In this document: piece by piece, positions 1 to 10,112 of the stretch | Layout: each line of letters opens with the position of its first letter | How positions within the stretch are numbered: the stretch's first letter is position 1 | Virus record (IMG/VR): IMGVR_UViG_3300032087_006210 | Span: 1 to 55,699 of that record | Source of the DNA: a virus | Lineage: Duplodnaviria; Caudoviricetes | Strand: one strand, 5' to 3' | DNA length: 55,699 nucleotides | The notes under the pieces: model-generated | What the model saw: only the letters and a program-made list of their open reading frames with translations | Told to the model about the DNA's origin: nothing | Databases searched by the model: none | Position numbers and translations under genes: made by a program

Positions 1-27
1 CCCCGCCTTCGGGCGGGGTTTTTTTTG
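1..27 (+). terminator. Intrinsic terminator of upstream gene
   Basis: CCCCGCC-TTCG-GGCGGGG stem-loop followed by a T run. Confidence 0.85.
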
Positions 28-59
28 TGAAAATGCGCAATAAAAGTGTATAATATAAC

Positions 60-1595
60 GTGGCACGCAATAGAGTAATTTATCAAAGTCAAGCCCTGTA
101 CATCTCACCAGCTTCGACAGGGTATCATTTGCAGTCTGGTCAAGGTAGTGTTGATGAAGCTAGTGGACCGGGCAAATGGGATTATAACGCAAACCTGTCC
201 CAAGACTCAGCTTATCAAAGCGGCTCTTTAAGATGGAGCGGTGTCAATGACCCAGCTACAGGAAATAGTACTTCCTACCTTGGGCCTAGCGGATCAATTT
301 ACAGATCATTGATAGAGCCAATCAATCGCGTTCAAACTATAAACTTTGATTTTAATATTAATAGACAAGATATTAATGAATTTGGTAGGTTAGCTAGAAT
401 AGATTCAATTGTAATGGAATCCCCTACGGTCAATCTAAGTTTTGATTACTATTTGACCGACGGAGAAAATGAAAGAAAAATGGGATTTAATGTGCCCACT
501 AGTAATGGAGACGGAGGTTTTCGCCCCTCAAGTGCAGATTACTGGACAGGCGATTTAGCATTGTCTGGTTATAGCGCCTTGTCCGGTTTGATAGACGATA
601 CAATTGGAAATAATTATTTTATTTTGGTGGGCAAAGAAGGTAAAGATGTTGAAGGCGAAGCTATCACTTCATATGTTTCGGACTCTACAAATTTTGATGT
701 AATTAGCATAGGCAACGGATTTATTAGCGATTATAGCGTTTCGGCTTCTGTCGGCGCTGTGCCAACCGCATCTGTGACTGTTGAAGCATTTAATATTAAA
801 ACAGATAATAACGCTTCCGGTAACTCAACGGCTCATCTAACTAACAGCACAGGCCCGTTGACATCTGGAAATGGTTTAAATTTTCCTTCTATTCCCGCTG
901 TAGATCAAACGAATGGCACAACAGGTATACAATTATCTGACACTGCCAATTTCGGGGGCTCTTCTTGGGCTAGTATACCTCGTTTTGCTAGATACGCAGT
1001 GCCAACTTATAGCACTGGTAACGCAGATGTTGCCGCATTAAGACCCGGAGATATATTGTTTTCAATGGGTAATTCTGGAGATTATATTGGTTTTACTGAT
1101 ATGAATGGAGACGGAAATGCTCATCTTCAAAGCATGGACATTAGTGTACCAATGAGCAGAACTATCTTGCAAAGACTTGGTAATACTTTTGGTTATAGCA
1201 GAGTTATTGATTTGCCTCTTAATGTAGATGTGTCACTTTCTGCTGTTCTTTCAGAATTTAACAAAAATAATCTTTTTGAAAATTTAGCCTCTACGCAAAA
1301 ACATGACTTTACTTTGACATTGCGTACCCCAAACGCCTTAGATGGAACTGCGGGCGATACAGCATTAGTATTTAAAGTCAAAGGCGCTAGGTTAGACAGC
1401 GAAAGCTTTACCAGCGCAATTGGAGACAACGAAACAGTTGATATGACTTTTAGTACGCAAGTAGGCGGCTCTAATGATACCGACAACGGTTTATTTATGG
1501 AAGGTAGTTATTTCAGATTCCCGACAATCAATTATTATCCGTTGGGAACTAAGAAAACTTTAGATGCAGCTTACAAAGGAGACGGTGGTCAGTAA
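60..1595 (+). CDS. Virion structural protein, probably major tail tube protein
   Basis: 511 aa, G/S/T/N-rich beta-strand pattern (RVQTINFDFNINRQDINEFG..., SFTSAIGDNETVDMTF); GTGTA motif upstream; next to head module. Confidence 0.55.
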   Translation: MARNRVIYQSQALYISPASTGYHLQSGQGSVDEASGPGKWDYNANLSQDSAYQSGSLRWSGVNDPATGNSTSYLGPSGSIYRSLIEPINRVQTINFDFNINRQDINEFGRLARIDSIVMESPTVNLSFDYYLTDGENERKMGFNVPTSNGDGGFRPSSADYWTGDLALSGYSALSGLIDDTIGNNYFILVGKEGKDVEGEAITSYVSDSTNFDVISIGNGFISDYSVSASVGAVPTASVTVEAFNIKTDNNASGNSTAHLTNSTGPLTSGNGLNFPSIPAVDQTNGTTGIQLSDTANFGGSSWASIPRFARYAVPTYSTGNADVAALRPGDILFSMGNSGDYIGFTDMNGDGNAHLQSMDISVPMSRTILQRLGNTFGYSRVIDLPLNVDVSLSAVLSEFNKNNLFENLASTQKHDFTLTLRTPNALDGTAGDTALVFKVKGARLDSESFTSAIGDNETVDMTFSTQVGGSNDTDNGLFMEGSYFRFPTINYYPLGTKKTLDAAYKGDGGQ

Positions 1596-2143
1596 CCGAC
1601 CCTTCCTCTATAATCATAAGCCGCATAAATATCACCGCTAGCGTTCGTAGAAGCGTCTGTACCAGCAACTTGGATAGGCTCCGCTGCGTAGATATTATAT
1701 TTTGCTACAAGGTCGTCTAGACGCTCCTGAGCGTCCTTAGCGAAGCCTCTGTAAGTCTTAGCGATTTCATTTTTGTTTGTTCTGGTGATTACAGAATCGC
1801 CCTCTCTCAAAGATATGAAATCTACAGAGCTGTCAATGCCTTTTAAGACAGCCCGAGCTTTTTTGGTATAATAGTTTGTTAGATATACTTGCTTGTATAT
1901 ATCAGCCTCTTCAAAACGGAAACTGCCCGAAGGTTGCACTACCGTATCATCTGGGTATTCAGTTACAGATCCTGATCCAGAAAATGCCGTATAGAGAGTG
2001 GTATTTAGAAGGCCTACATTATTAGCTAACCAACCTGAAATAGATGCTATTGTCGCAAAGCCAGTGTCGGAATCAAACTCATCATTAAAGATCCCTGTGG
2101 CTATAGTACTAACTAAATAAGGTGTTTTTGACCTGTCTGGCAT
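1589..2143 (-). CDS. Putative head completion/neck protein
   Basis: 184 aa ORF two genes downstream of capsid gene; GTGTA motif 10 nt upstream; function from position only. Confidence 0.4.
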   Translation of the reverse strand: MPDRSKTPYLVSTIATGIFNDEFDSDTGFATIASISGWLANNVGLLNTTLYTAFSGSGSVTEYPDDTVVQPSGSFRFEEADIYKQVYLTNYYTKKARAVLKGIDSSVDFISLREGDSVITRTNKNEIAKTYRGFAKDAQERLDDLVAKYNIYAAEPIQVAGTDASTNASGDIYAAYDYRGRVGY

Positions 2144-2164
2144 ATAATATATTTACACTTAAAA

Positions 2165-2563
2165 TCAAAAACCTTCGCTCATTAATTTTTTTGCTTTTTC
2201 GTGGTTTGGATGATTAGGGTCGTGAATAGGAAGCGGATCTTCCATACTAACAGTGCGAGATCCTTTTGTAATTCTTTTAAACTCTGATCTCAACTTTTCT
2301 TTTAGCCTTGGTAGGCTGCCATCTGGAAAGAGTCCAATTTTCATGGCTAAATTTTGCAAATCACTCAAATTAGAGTCTTTTAATTTATCTTCAAATATGT
2401 TTGGGTCGTTAGTACCAAATGGGTTTACCTGTTTGATCCCAAGAACCTCCTCTAATCGCTTTACTTTTTCGATAGCATCATCTTCTAATCTGCCAGTTGT
2501 AAAATTTTGCAAATCTTCAAGATTGGCTTTTTTCTTTGCTGTTTTTCTTTTCTTCGCTGCCAT
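2165..2563 (-). CDS. Hypothetical protein (head module)
   Basis: 132 aa, basic N-terminus, helical; TTGTA variant motif upstream. Confidence 0.6.
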   Translation of the reverse strand: MAAKKRKTAKKKANLEDLQNFTTGRLEDDAIEKVKRLEEVLGIKQVNPFGTNDPNIFEDKLKDSNLSDLQNLAMKIGLFPDGSLPRLKEKLRSEFKRITKGSRTVSMEDPLPIHDPNHPNHEKAKKLMSEGF

Positions 2564-2596
2564 GTTAATATATTACAACTAAAAACGTATTTTTCC

Positions 2597-2629
2597 AAAA
2601 AAAACTCCGCCTCTTTCGAGGCGGAGTTA
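2597..2629 (-). terminator. Terminator of capsid operon
   Basis: AACTCCGCCTC-loop-GAGGCGGAGTT stem with T run on the minus strand. Confidence 0.85.
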
Positions 2630-2633
2630 AGGA

Positions 2634-2653
2634 GGCCGGCGGGCCGGCCGCGA
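2634..2653 (+). repeat. Isolated copy of the core of the 47-bp element
   Basis: GGCCGGCGGGCCGGCCGCGA, identical to the centre of the repeat copies at 32567 and 37688. Confidence 0.85.
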
Positions 2654-2664
2654 TGAGACCTGAA

Positions 2665-3822
2665 TTACATGATTAAGCCCACTAAGGCTCGGTTATCCAA
2701 CACCATGCGTCCCTCTTCCAAGGCACCGTAGTAACCAATTCTCTGCTGTCTAGAAGAGAACTGATCGTCAGCGACTAAGTTGAACTGAGAGCCAGTTTCG
2801 GAGTCAACCGCGATAGCGCGAATCATTGCATCTCTGCTGCGATCCAAACCAACGATAATTTCCTCTGAAGCACCATTGAATGCGCTAGAAGCGGAAGTAG
2901 AACCGTGATCAAGATAATCGGTAGTTCCAGCGACCGTGTCGAACACGTCGTTGAATCTCTTACCAACACCCATCTCCAGAACTTCCATAATGGCAACACC
3001 GAAGAATTCGGTTAAACCACTCTGGCCGAACACAGAGTTTCTAACAGTGTCGGTAGCAGCGATACCAGCGCCGTCACCGTGAGTAGCAGCGGTTCCGTCA
3101 GGACCTAAAGTGCTAACCGGGTTGTAAGCCATGGAGCGAATCTGCTCAACAACTTCAGGTGAAACCAAAAGATCAGTCAAGGCTTTACGAGCGCCAGCGG
3201 GAGTGCCACCAGAGAAAGAAGCGTTAACTCTCTTCATCTTAGTGAACAACTTGTTTAAGTCATCCAATAAGAAGCGGTTTGCCTGAGCGGTTCTGAAAAC
3301 GTTACGATTAGAAGCAGTGAAAGCTGCTTTACCATTCGTAGCGTTAGCCAAAGCCGTCATAACCAAGTTAGAAGAAGTTCTTTCCTGCTTGAGGAGAACT
3401 TCCTGAGCCACGCGAGTGAAAGTCTTACCAATCACATCAAGGCGTGAGCGCGTAGCATACTTTCTATCGAAAGAAACTGCGCTGTCCAAGTTGTAAGTAG
3501 CGAACTTCAGCTCGGAAGCTGTAGGCTGAACGTAGTTTGTCGGAAGACCGCCTGCTACAGACTGGCTGTAGACTCGAATATAATCTTCGTCGAAAACATC
3601 ATAATACAAATCCAACGGAATCGAAGGATTGTCGTCTGCGTTGTACTCTAAAGCAGTAAATAAGTTACTGAGAGTAGGAGCGTTGTTAATGACTTCGGCT
3701 AAAACAGGGCCAATAAACTCTGCTAATGCAACCTGAGCTGCGAAAGCAGTCTCTCTGTTACGAGAGCCCATTGCTTTTACCAATTCCACTTGCTCGTCAG
3801 TTCTTTTTAATGTAATTTTCAT
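2665..3822 (-). CDS. Major capsid protein (HK97-fold likely)
   Basis: 385 aa; follows portal, protease/scaffold and decoration genes; AAAGGA upstream, strong terminator, biased codons. Confidence 0.8.
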   Translation of the reverse strand: MKITLKRTDEQVELVKAMGSRNRETAFAAQVALAEFIGPVLAEVINNAPTLSNLFTALEYNADDNPSIPLDLYYDVFDEDYIRVYSQSVAGGLPTNYVQPTASELKFATYNLDSAVSFDRKYATRSRLDVIGKTFTRVAQEVLLKQERTSSNLVMTALANATNGKAAFTASNRNVFRTAQANRFLLDDLNKLFTKMKRVNASFSGGTPAGARKALTDLLVSPEVVEQIRSMAYNPVSTLGPDGTAATHGDGAGIAATDTVRNSVFGQSGLTEFFGVAIMEVLEMGVGKRFNDVFDTVAGTTDYLDHGSTSASSAFNGASEEIIVGLDRSRDAMIRAIAVDSETGSQFNLVADDQFSSRQQRIGYYGALEEGRMVLDNRALVGLIM

Positions 3823-3854
3823 TTTAATTAAATATCCTTTCTTTAGTTAAATGA

Positions 3855-4517
3855 TTAAGCAACATCAATAGAATTAGAGCATTCTAACGCTACTAACGCG
3901 TACTGCGCAGTACCTGTACCAGCGAACTGATCGGACTGACCATTCTGAGATTGGCGGTTACCGGTAGCCAAAATGTGACCAACCAGAGTGCCAACAAGAT
4001 CAGCGAGACCTTCGCGGGTAACACCTGTCAATTTGCCAGCATTAGCCGAGATAGCTGCGACATTACCGGGAACCCAGTTAGAGTCTTTCTCGTATGCAGT
4101 TTCGTCGAACGTAAACAGGCCTCGTGTTGCGACCGGGCAAGCCTGACCGCTGAGAACTGCTTGAAGCTCGTCTCTTTTGACGGGGTTATAAAGGAGCTTT
4201 TCTCCATTCTCGTCGTTCTTAATCGTCTGATTAAGAGTGACGCCTAATACCGGAGCACCAGTTGTAGCAGCTACGACACGTAAAGGTACGACTGGGTACT
4301 TATCAGCTCCCAAGAACGGATAATCAGTTTTACCCAAGTAGTCACTTCCAATTAAATCGAAAGTGTCTTGGTTCAGATTACCGCTCAATACCTTAACCAT
4401 CACACCTGCACTACCGTTACCATTGGTCGTGGGATTGTCGTCTACTACGTTGTTTGCAAACAAGTTGACGACATCCGAATCGTTATATTGCCTAAATGGG
4501 TATAATCTAAGTGCCAT
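3855..4517 (-). CDS. Putative capsid decoration/cement protein
   Basis: 220 aa between scaffold and capsid genes; AVLSGQACPVATRGLFT beta motif. Confidence 0.55.
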   Translation of the reverse strand: MALRLYPFRQYNDSDVVNLFANNVVDDNPTTNGNGSAGVMVKVLSGNLNQDTFDLIGSDYLGKTDYPFLGADKYPVVPLRVVAATTGAPVLGVTLNQTIKNDENGEKLLYNPVKRDELQAVLSGQACPVATRGLFTFDETAYEKDSNWVPGNVAAISANAGKLTGVTREGLADLVGTLVGHILATGNRQSQNGQSDQFAGTGTAQYALVALECSNSIDVA

Positions 4518-4530
4518 AATGTTTTAATTT

Positions 4531-6141
4531 TTAATAGGTTATTGAAATATTTTCGGTGTTAAAAGCCTTTTTGAACTGGTCAGATAAAGACTCTTCAGTT
4601 GACGAAGCCTCATTGTTGTTGGCCATGCTGGAGTGCGGGACTTCAACATTTTCAACTACTTCTTCAACACTTTCATCGGCTTCAGCAACAGCCTCTTCAG
4701 TCACGTTAGCAACCGCTTCTTCTGTAGAAGCGGAAGCCAAGCGTTTCTCAAGCTCTTCCTGAACCTTTGCCTCAAACTGTTTTTCCTGCTCCAATTTAAA
4801 AGCTTTGCTCTTATGATGAAGAAGAGAAGACAATTTGCCCTGATACGATTCAAAAGCCTCGTCAGAAGCTTCTAAACTTTTAACCTCATTCGCCAAAACC
4901 GTGCGGTCTTGATCGGAAAGGTCGTAAAGCTCATCGATAGCTTCCATGCGACTATTGAATAATTGTTCTGCAGCAGCAGCGTTGATGGAAGACTCTAAAG
5001 AATCAATTTTCTCATTTGCTTCTTCCAACTTTTTCTGAAGATCTTCCATGGAAGCTTTAGCTTCAACTGCATCCTTCTCGGCTTGAGCCTTTTCAGCCTC
5101 AATAGCCTCTCTTTCAGCCTTATACTCCTGATCCTTCTCGCGAATCTTTTCGACCACGTGAGAAGTGATAGTAGCTACGGCTTCCTGAGTGAATTCAGCA
5201 TTGTCCGCTAACTTCGAATCGAGGACCTTCTCGAACTCGGTTTTGAACTCTGTAATATCCATAGTATTAGTATTTTTTACATTAGTTATTTCACTTTGTG
5301 AAATTTTTAAAATATTATTTTTAAAATTATTTTTAAAATTATTTTTTTCTACTGATGCGTCTCTTTTATCTTTGACGTCTAGGTTGATGTTCTTTTCGAC
5401 TATCAAACCGCTAACATCTGCAGCTGGATTTGTAGTGAATCCAATTCCTAAAGGATAAACATCTCCAACAACTAAACGATAAATAGGAGTTCCATCATTT
5501 AAAGCCCCATTTCCATCAAAAGCTTTTAAATAATGCTTCATTTCTTCAATATGATTAGGGTTTGATATAATCTCGGCATCGTTTAAATCTTTAGATCCAA
5601 CCGCCAAAACGAAGTCATTAAATCCTAACTCCCAACTGGCGGAGATTTTTTTAAAGTAGTCGCTTTCTTCATCGCTAGACTTTAGCAATATATCCGCAAA
5701 ATCTTTGTTTACTGTTTTGTAAATTACGGCTGCAAGGGAAATATAATATGGCCCGTTGTTAGATAACGCCGCAGCATTTCCAATAATTTTTTCGTTGTTA
5801 AGGTCTGTAAAACCGGCATTTACAATGTGGCCAACCACTTTTTGCTTTTTGTGTTCGATGTTGGTGGGTTTGTTTACAAAATAGTCAATCAAGTCCACTG
5901 CGGTTTCAGAATTAATTCCGTCTCCATTTTTATTAAACTTGTTGACTACTGCGGCATTAAATGCGGCTCCGACCAAATCGATGTTCCTTTCTAGGTCTAT
6001 TGATTTAGGGATAAGCGGCTTTAAGTTTTCCAAAGAAGCTCGGCTGATATTTAAATCATTTTCTAAATCGGTAGTTGCGTACACCTCACAGTCATAAGTT
6101 GTGGTATACTTACATGATGTATTTTTCATATTCTTTGGCAT
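4531..6141 (-). CDS. Prohead protease-scaffold fusion
   Basis: N-terminal NKNGDG/NIEH...VVGHI/SASWE protease-like motifs; long acidic coiled-coil C-terminus. Confidence 0.7.
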   Translation of the reverse strand: MPKNMKNTSCKYTTTYDCEVYATTDLENDLNISRASLENLKPLIPKSIDLERNIDLVGAAFNAAVVNKFNKNGDGINSETAVDLIDYFVNKPTNIEHKKQKVVGHIVNAGFTDLNNEKIIGNAAALSNNGPYYISLAAVIYKTVNKDFADILLKSSDEESDYFKKISASWELGFNDFVLAVGSKDLNDAEIISNPNHIEEMKHYLKAFDGNGALNDGTPIYRLVVGDVYPLGIGFTTNPAADVSGLIVEKNINLDVKDKRDASVEKNNFKNNFKNNILKISQSEITNVKNTNTMDITEFKTEFEKVLDSKLADNAEFTQEAVATITSHVVEKIREKDQEYKAEREAIEAEKAQAEKDAVEAKASMEDLQKKLEEANEKIDSLESSINAAAAEQLFNSRMEAIDELYDLSDQDRTVLANEVKSLEASDEAFESYQGKLSSLLHHKSKAFKLEQEKQFEAKVQEELEKRLASASTEEAVANVTEEAVAEADESVEEVVENVEVPHSSMANNNEASSTEESLSDQFKKAFNTENISITY

Positions 6142-6164
6142 TTTATATAAAATGTTACACCTAA

Positions 6165-8195
6165 TTATTTATCCAGAGAATTTTTTCTACTGTGATGCAA
6201 AATCGCTGCAGCGTAATCATCTAGCTCATGTTTTGCACTGATTTCCAATACGGCAGGCAACGGTTTTAGAGATAAGATTTTATCTGGATTTTTAATGCAG
6301 GCTTTGCCGGTATCCACCCAATCTTTTTTATCTTTAGCTACAACTACAGATTCGCATACTCTTTCTAGCATTTGTTTTTGAACTTTGCTCAATCTTTTCT
6401 TTTTAAATACTTTTTTAGCTTCGCTTGTCAAAGTTACATAAAGTTGATTTGTAATATCTGCCGTATCCTTAATGGCAGAAACAGAATATGTTTCTTTGGA
6501 TTTGGCAGTTGATCTTGATCCTGCTGGTCTGCCCGGATTGGAAGCACTTCTAGCTCTATTGTTATTGGCAACTTGAGCCGCGCCTTGAGGATGTTTAATT
6601 TCTTCAATTTGCTCTTCTTCTTCAAAAGTCATTGGTACAGGTGCTCCTCCAACTATAGGATTGTAGTATCCTTTTAATCTATCTTCGACAAATTTCTCTT
6701 GAGACTTTTCTAGTTCTGAGGCTGAAGGAAATACGCCAGTCTCAATAACCTTTATGCCTTCGTTTGGAGGCAAAATGCCCAACTCCATCATTCTGGTGAT
6801 AACTCTTTGAATTTGAGCTTGATCTTGAAGGTCGATAGTTTCGAACTTAGCAACGGGTGCATTTTTGAAGCCATAGTTTTTGCAAATCTGTTTGATTTCA
6901 GGCTGCAAAAAGCTATTAAGAAATGCGTCTCTAGATTCCTTTAATCTTTGTAAGAACATCTGAGCTTTAACTTCTGTGCTGGCAAATTTTTCTTGACTTA
7001 AGATAATATTCTGAAGCCCTTCTTTGATATCTTGATTGACCACTTCATATTTTGATGGGCCAATGACCTTTTGTATGTCAGGTATAACAAATTCTGCTTT
7101 AGTCGTATAATCGCTAACTAAAATGCGACCAACACTTTGATTTTGAAATAAGTTTTGCATAGCCCTGATATTCCTTGGATTTACACCTCCCTTGTCGGGC
7201 GTAGTTCCCATGGTTATCATTAAGACTACGTTTTCGATGGTGCGGCAAATAGCTTGATCAATCTTTTTCATCTCCATTTTAAATTCAATATCATCTAAAA
7301 CTGGAAAAGCAAAAGGCACCGCAAATGGCTCATAGTCTTGCTTCTTGAAGAAAGCGTAACGCAGTCGTTTAGGATCTAAATCTATTTTTACTCCATTTGT
7401 ATTCCAAGAGTCATTCTTAATTCTTTTTTTGATCTCTGGGTCCAATGCATCATACAATTCTCTATCTTCGTCAGTTTTTGGATTTTTCAATCTCTCTAAC
7501 TCATACTCACTTAAAACTTTAGCGTAAACTCCCATGTCAAAAGAAGTAGAGCGCTTCATTGTGATATCGTATGGATTTAAAAGGATATATCTGACGGGTA
7601 ATTTGTTAGTTTTTAAAGTTAAACCTAAATTTCTAACCTTTGCAAAATCTTCTAAATTAATTTTACCTTCGACTGTATACAAAAATACATTGCCGCTTCT
7701 ATAAAACTCTCTGAAAAATTGATCTTTTAAATTCCAAATTTTTATCTTTTTGAGCCAAGCATTAATAAAAGCTCTTGACTTGGCGTTGCCTCCCTCTAAA
7801 TACAAACTAGAGTTTGCAAAATCTGACATCATGTCTATAGCATTTCTAACTACAGCAATATTGCAATAAGCTTTTTGAGTCAATTCGATAGCATCTCTAA
7901 CATTTACGCCATCTAAACCATACTCGTATGGCAGCATTCCCGCTCTAATATTATTGTATTTGAAAAGTTTTGGAGCAATTGAAATATTATTTCTACGTGT
8001 TGTGGTTGTAGAGCTTGGGGAATTAGCTCTTCCGTAAGCTTTTGACTCGTAGTTGTAGAACGACTCACCGAGCAATTCTGGCTCATATTTTTCTTGAGCC
8101 GTGCTATGCATCATACTCTCCAAAGATTTTTCATGCTTTTCTTTGAACTTATTCCAATAATCCGATCTTTTGGTATATCTTCTTTTTTCGGCCAT
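6165..8195 (-). CDS. Portal protein
   Basis: 676 aa directly after terminase; AVVRNAIDMMSDF and FFREFYRSGNVFLY portal-type motifs. Confidence 0.8.
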   Translation of the reverse strand: MAEKRRYTKRSDYWNKFKEKHEKSLESMMHSTAQEKYEPELLGESFYNYESKAYGRANSPSSTTTTRRNNISIAPKLFKYNNIRAGMLPYEYGLDGVNVRDAIELTQKAYCNIAVVRNAIDMMSDFANSSLYLEGGNAKSRAFINAWLKKIKIWNLKDQFFREFYRSGNVFLYTVEGKINLEDFAKVRNLGLTLKTNKLPVRYILLNPYDITMKRSTSFDMGVYAKVLSEYELERLKNPKTDEDRELYDALDPEIKKRIKNDSWNTNGVKIDLDPKRLRYAFFKKQDYEPFAVPFAFPVLDDIEFKMEMKKIDQAICRTIENVVLMITMGTTPDKGGVNPRNIRAMQNLFQNQSVGRILVSDYTTKAEFVIPDIQKVIGPSKYEVVNQDIKEGLQNIILSQEKFASTEVKAQMFLQRLKESRDAFLNSFLQPEIKQICKNYGFKNAPVAKFETIDLQDQAQIQRVITRMMELGILPPNEGIKVIETGVFPSASELEKSQEKFVEDRLKGYYNPIVGGAPVPMTFEEEEQIEEIKHPQGAAQVANNNRARSASNPGRPAGSRSTAKSKETYSVSAIKDTADITNQLYVTLTSEAKKVFKKKRLSKVQKQMLERVCESVVVAKDKKDWVDTGKACIKNPDKILSLKPLPAVLEISAKHELDDYAAAILHHSRKNSLDK

Positions 8196-8221
8196 ATTTA
8201 AAAATTACACTTAAAGTTATT

Positions 8222-8244
8222 AAAGTGACTTTGAAAGTTACTTT
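8222..8244. promoter_or_regulatory. Tandem AAAGTNACTTT palindromes (operator-like)
   Basis: AAAGTGACTTT-G-AAAGTTACTTT between terminase and portal; same motif doubled at 46363-46384. Confidence 0.4.
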
Positions 8245-8246
8245 AT

Positions 8247-10112
8247 TTACATTATAAACTCAGGAACGAATGTTTCTATAACATCTTCTTGTTGCACATG
8301 CTGAGAGTCAAAGTGGACTTTGGCCATCCAATTTGCTAAAACTAAAGCTGAGTAAGAGTCTTTTCTTGCTTTGTCTGGACCAGTTTGCCTTCTAAGATTT
8401 GAAGGTAAATCAAATGTTTGAGTGCCTTGTGAAGTTGTAGTAATCTGAACTAAAGCGCACTCATTTTTTGTCAAATCTATCATATCTGACTGGTGCTCAA
8501 TAAAATCAATCATTTTAGCTCCGGCGCTTTGCTTCGCTTCTTCCGCGGTACGCAAAAACTTTATATCTTGTATAGGAATGCTTTTGTTTTTTTGTTTTGT
8601 ATATGAGTCGTCTGTGGCCCGACTTGCAAAATATATACGCCTATGGTCGAAATTTGCCTGCAGCAATTCGTTGGCCTGCCTAATCCAATTGCTTGTTGGC
8701 TTTCTTAAAATGACGTACTTATGCTCTTTAGAATTGTATTCGTTCTTGTATTTTTTAAGATCATTTTGATATTCTTCAGGTTTATCTAGCCCTACGTCTA
8801 TCGTTTGGAGTTTTATATTTTTTTCTTTGAAAGTTTCGCTTTCATTGCAAGCTTGTAAAAATTGCACGCCGCCGTTATAGTCACCGCATACTCCAACAAC
8901 GTTAAAGTTTTGCAAACAAAATAAAAAATAATTTATATGATGCTTGAGTGAAGTGCCCGACAATGCATAACTGTGCACGAGAGTTGTTTTTTGTTGTTCT
9001 GGATGTAATTTCAAAATTTGTATGGCGAAATCGTCAGAACTTTCCGTTTGAGACCAAGATGGGTCAAAAGCTAAAATATATTCTGAATCTGGTTCACCTT
9101 GAACTTCAATGCACGGCAAGTCTCCATCTGGAATAGTGCACAGCGCCATCTTGCTAGTTTTAAAATAACCAGAACTATCATCTGTAAATATAGCCCCAAA
9201 TTCTCTTTCAAACTGAGATTGGCTCATCGTTGCTTTTGCTTGGTTAATTAAGTTTTCATCATATAGTTGCTTCGGAGCGCAATCATAACTGTATTGCATA
9301 ATACAACGAGAAGCTTTGTCTTTTTGTTTTTCTGCTACGATTAAATTTTCAAATTGAGTATAGAGCTTATATAAATATTCAAATTTATAAGACGCAGAAG
9401 AAAGAGCTATGAGTTTATTATTGGGCCAAACATACCTTTCATCTTCCGTCATTTTACCCTCCTCTATAAGCCTATTTTCTAATTTGTACAAGTCGTCTCT
9501 TTGAGTTGGATTTTCTACAACAGACAAAAACGGAACAATGACTTCGTTGTAAATTCGTTCTGGCATCAAAAGAAACTCATCAATAATTATTCTATGAAAA
9601 CGAAAGCCACGCAGTTTTTCACCATCACCCAAAGGTAACGCTCTTATTCTGCTTGAACCAATTTCCATCAACCACTCATCATTACTTTTTGAAGTCTTAG
9701 TTATACATTGTCTAAAAAAACCTGCCTCTGGCTTGACCGCTATATCTTCAATCTTTTTGAAAATCATTTTGGCCTGCCTGAAAGATTTTGACAGTATTCC
9801 AATTTCAACCCCTTGATTTAGTACAGCATCAAGAGCTGCATAGATACCAGTTGTAAAAGACTTTGACATCCCACGGCTCCATACGCCCATAAAATAATCT
9901 CTTTCAAACATGGACTTGATAGCCATATGCTGAAATGGAAAAAGCTTGACTCCTAATATAAGGTCCGCAGAAAAAGTAATGTTATTTCGTAAAAATTCAT
10001 AAAGAGCCAGCTTGGCTTCCTTTTCTTCCAAGAAGCCATCTACTTTTAAAAGCTCTTCATTATCTCTTAATTGATGCGAAGGCTTGCCTTGATTTCCTTC
10101 ATGCCAGCTCAT
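8247..10112 (-). CDS. terL: Terminase large subunit
   Basis: Walker A-like SRGMSKS, LRGFRFHRIIIDE Walker B, nuclease LAFDPS and C-terminal KDSYSAL. Confidence 0.92.
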   Translation of the reverse strand: MSWHEGNQGKPSHQLRDNEELLKVDGFLEEKEAKLALYEFLRNNITFSADLILGVKLFPFQHMAIKSMFERDYFMGVWSRGMSKSFTTGIYAALDAVLNQGVEIGILSKSFRQAKMIFKKIEDIAVKPEAGFFRQCITKTSKSNDEWLMEIGSSRIRALPLGDGEKLRGFRFHRIIIDEFLLMPERIYNEVIVPFLSVVENPTQRDDLYKLENRLIEEGKMTEDERYVWPNNKLIALSSASYKFEYLYKLYTQFENLIVAEKQKDKASRCIMQYSYDCAPKQLYDENLINQAKATMSQSQFEREFGAIFTDDSSGYFKTSKMALCTIPDGDLPCIEVQGEPDSEYILAFDPSWSQTESSDDFAIQILKLHPEQQKTTLVHSYALSGTSLKHHINYFLFCLQNFNVVGVCGDYNGGVQFLQACNESETFKEKNIKLQTIDVGLDKPEEYQNDLKKYKNEYNSKEHKYVILRKPTSNWIRQANELLQANFDHRRIYFASRATDDSYTKQKNKSIPIQDIKFLRTAEEAKQSAGAKMIDFIEHQSDMIDLTKNECALVQITTTSQGTQTFDLPSNLRRQTGPDKARKDSYSALVLANWMAKVHFDSQHVQQEDVIETFVPEFIM

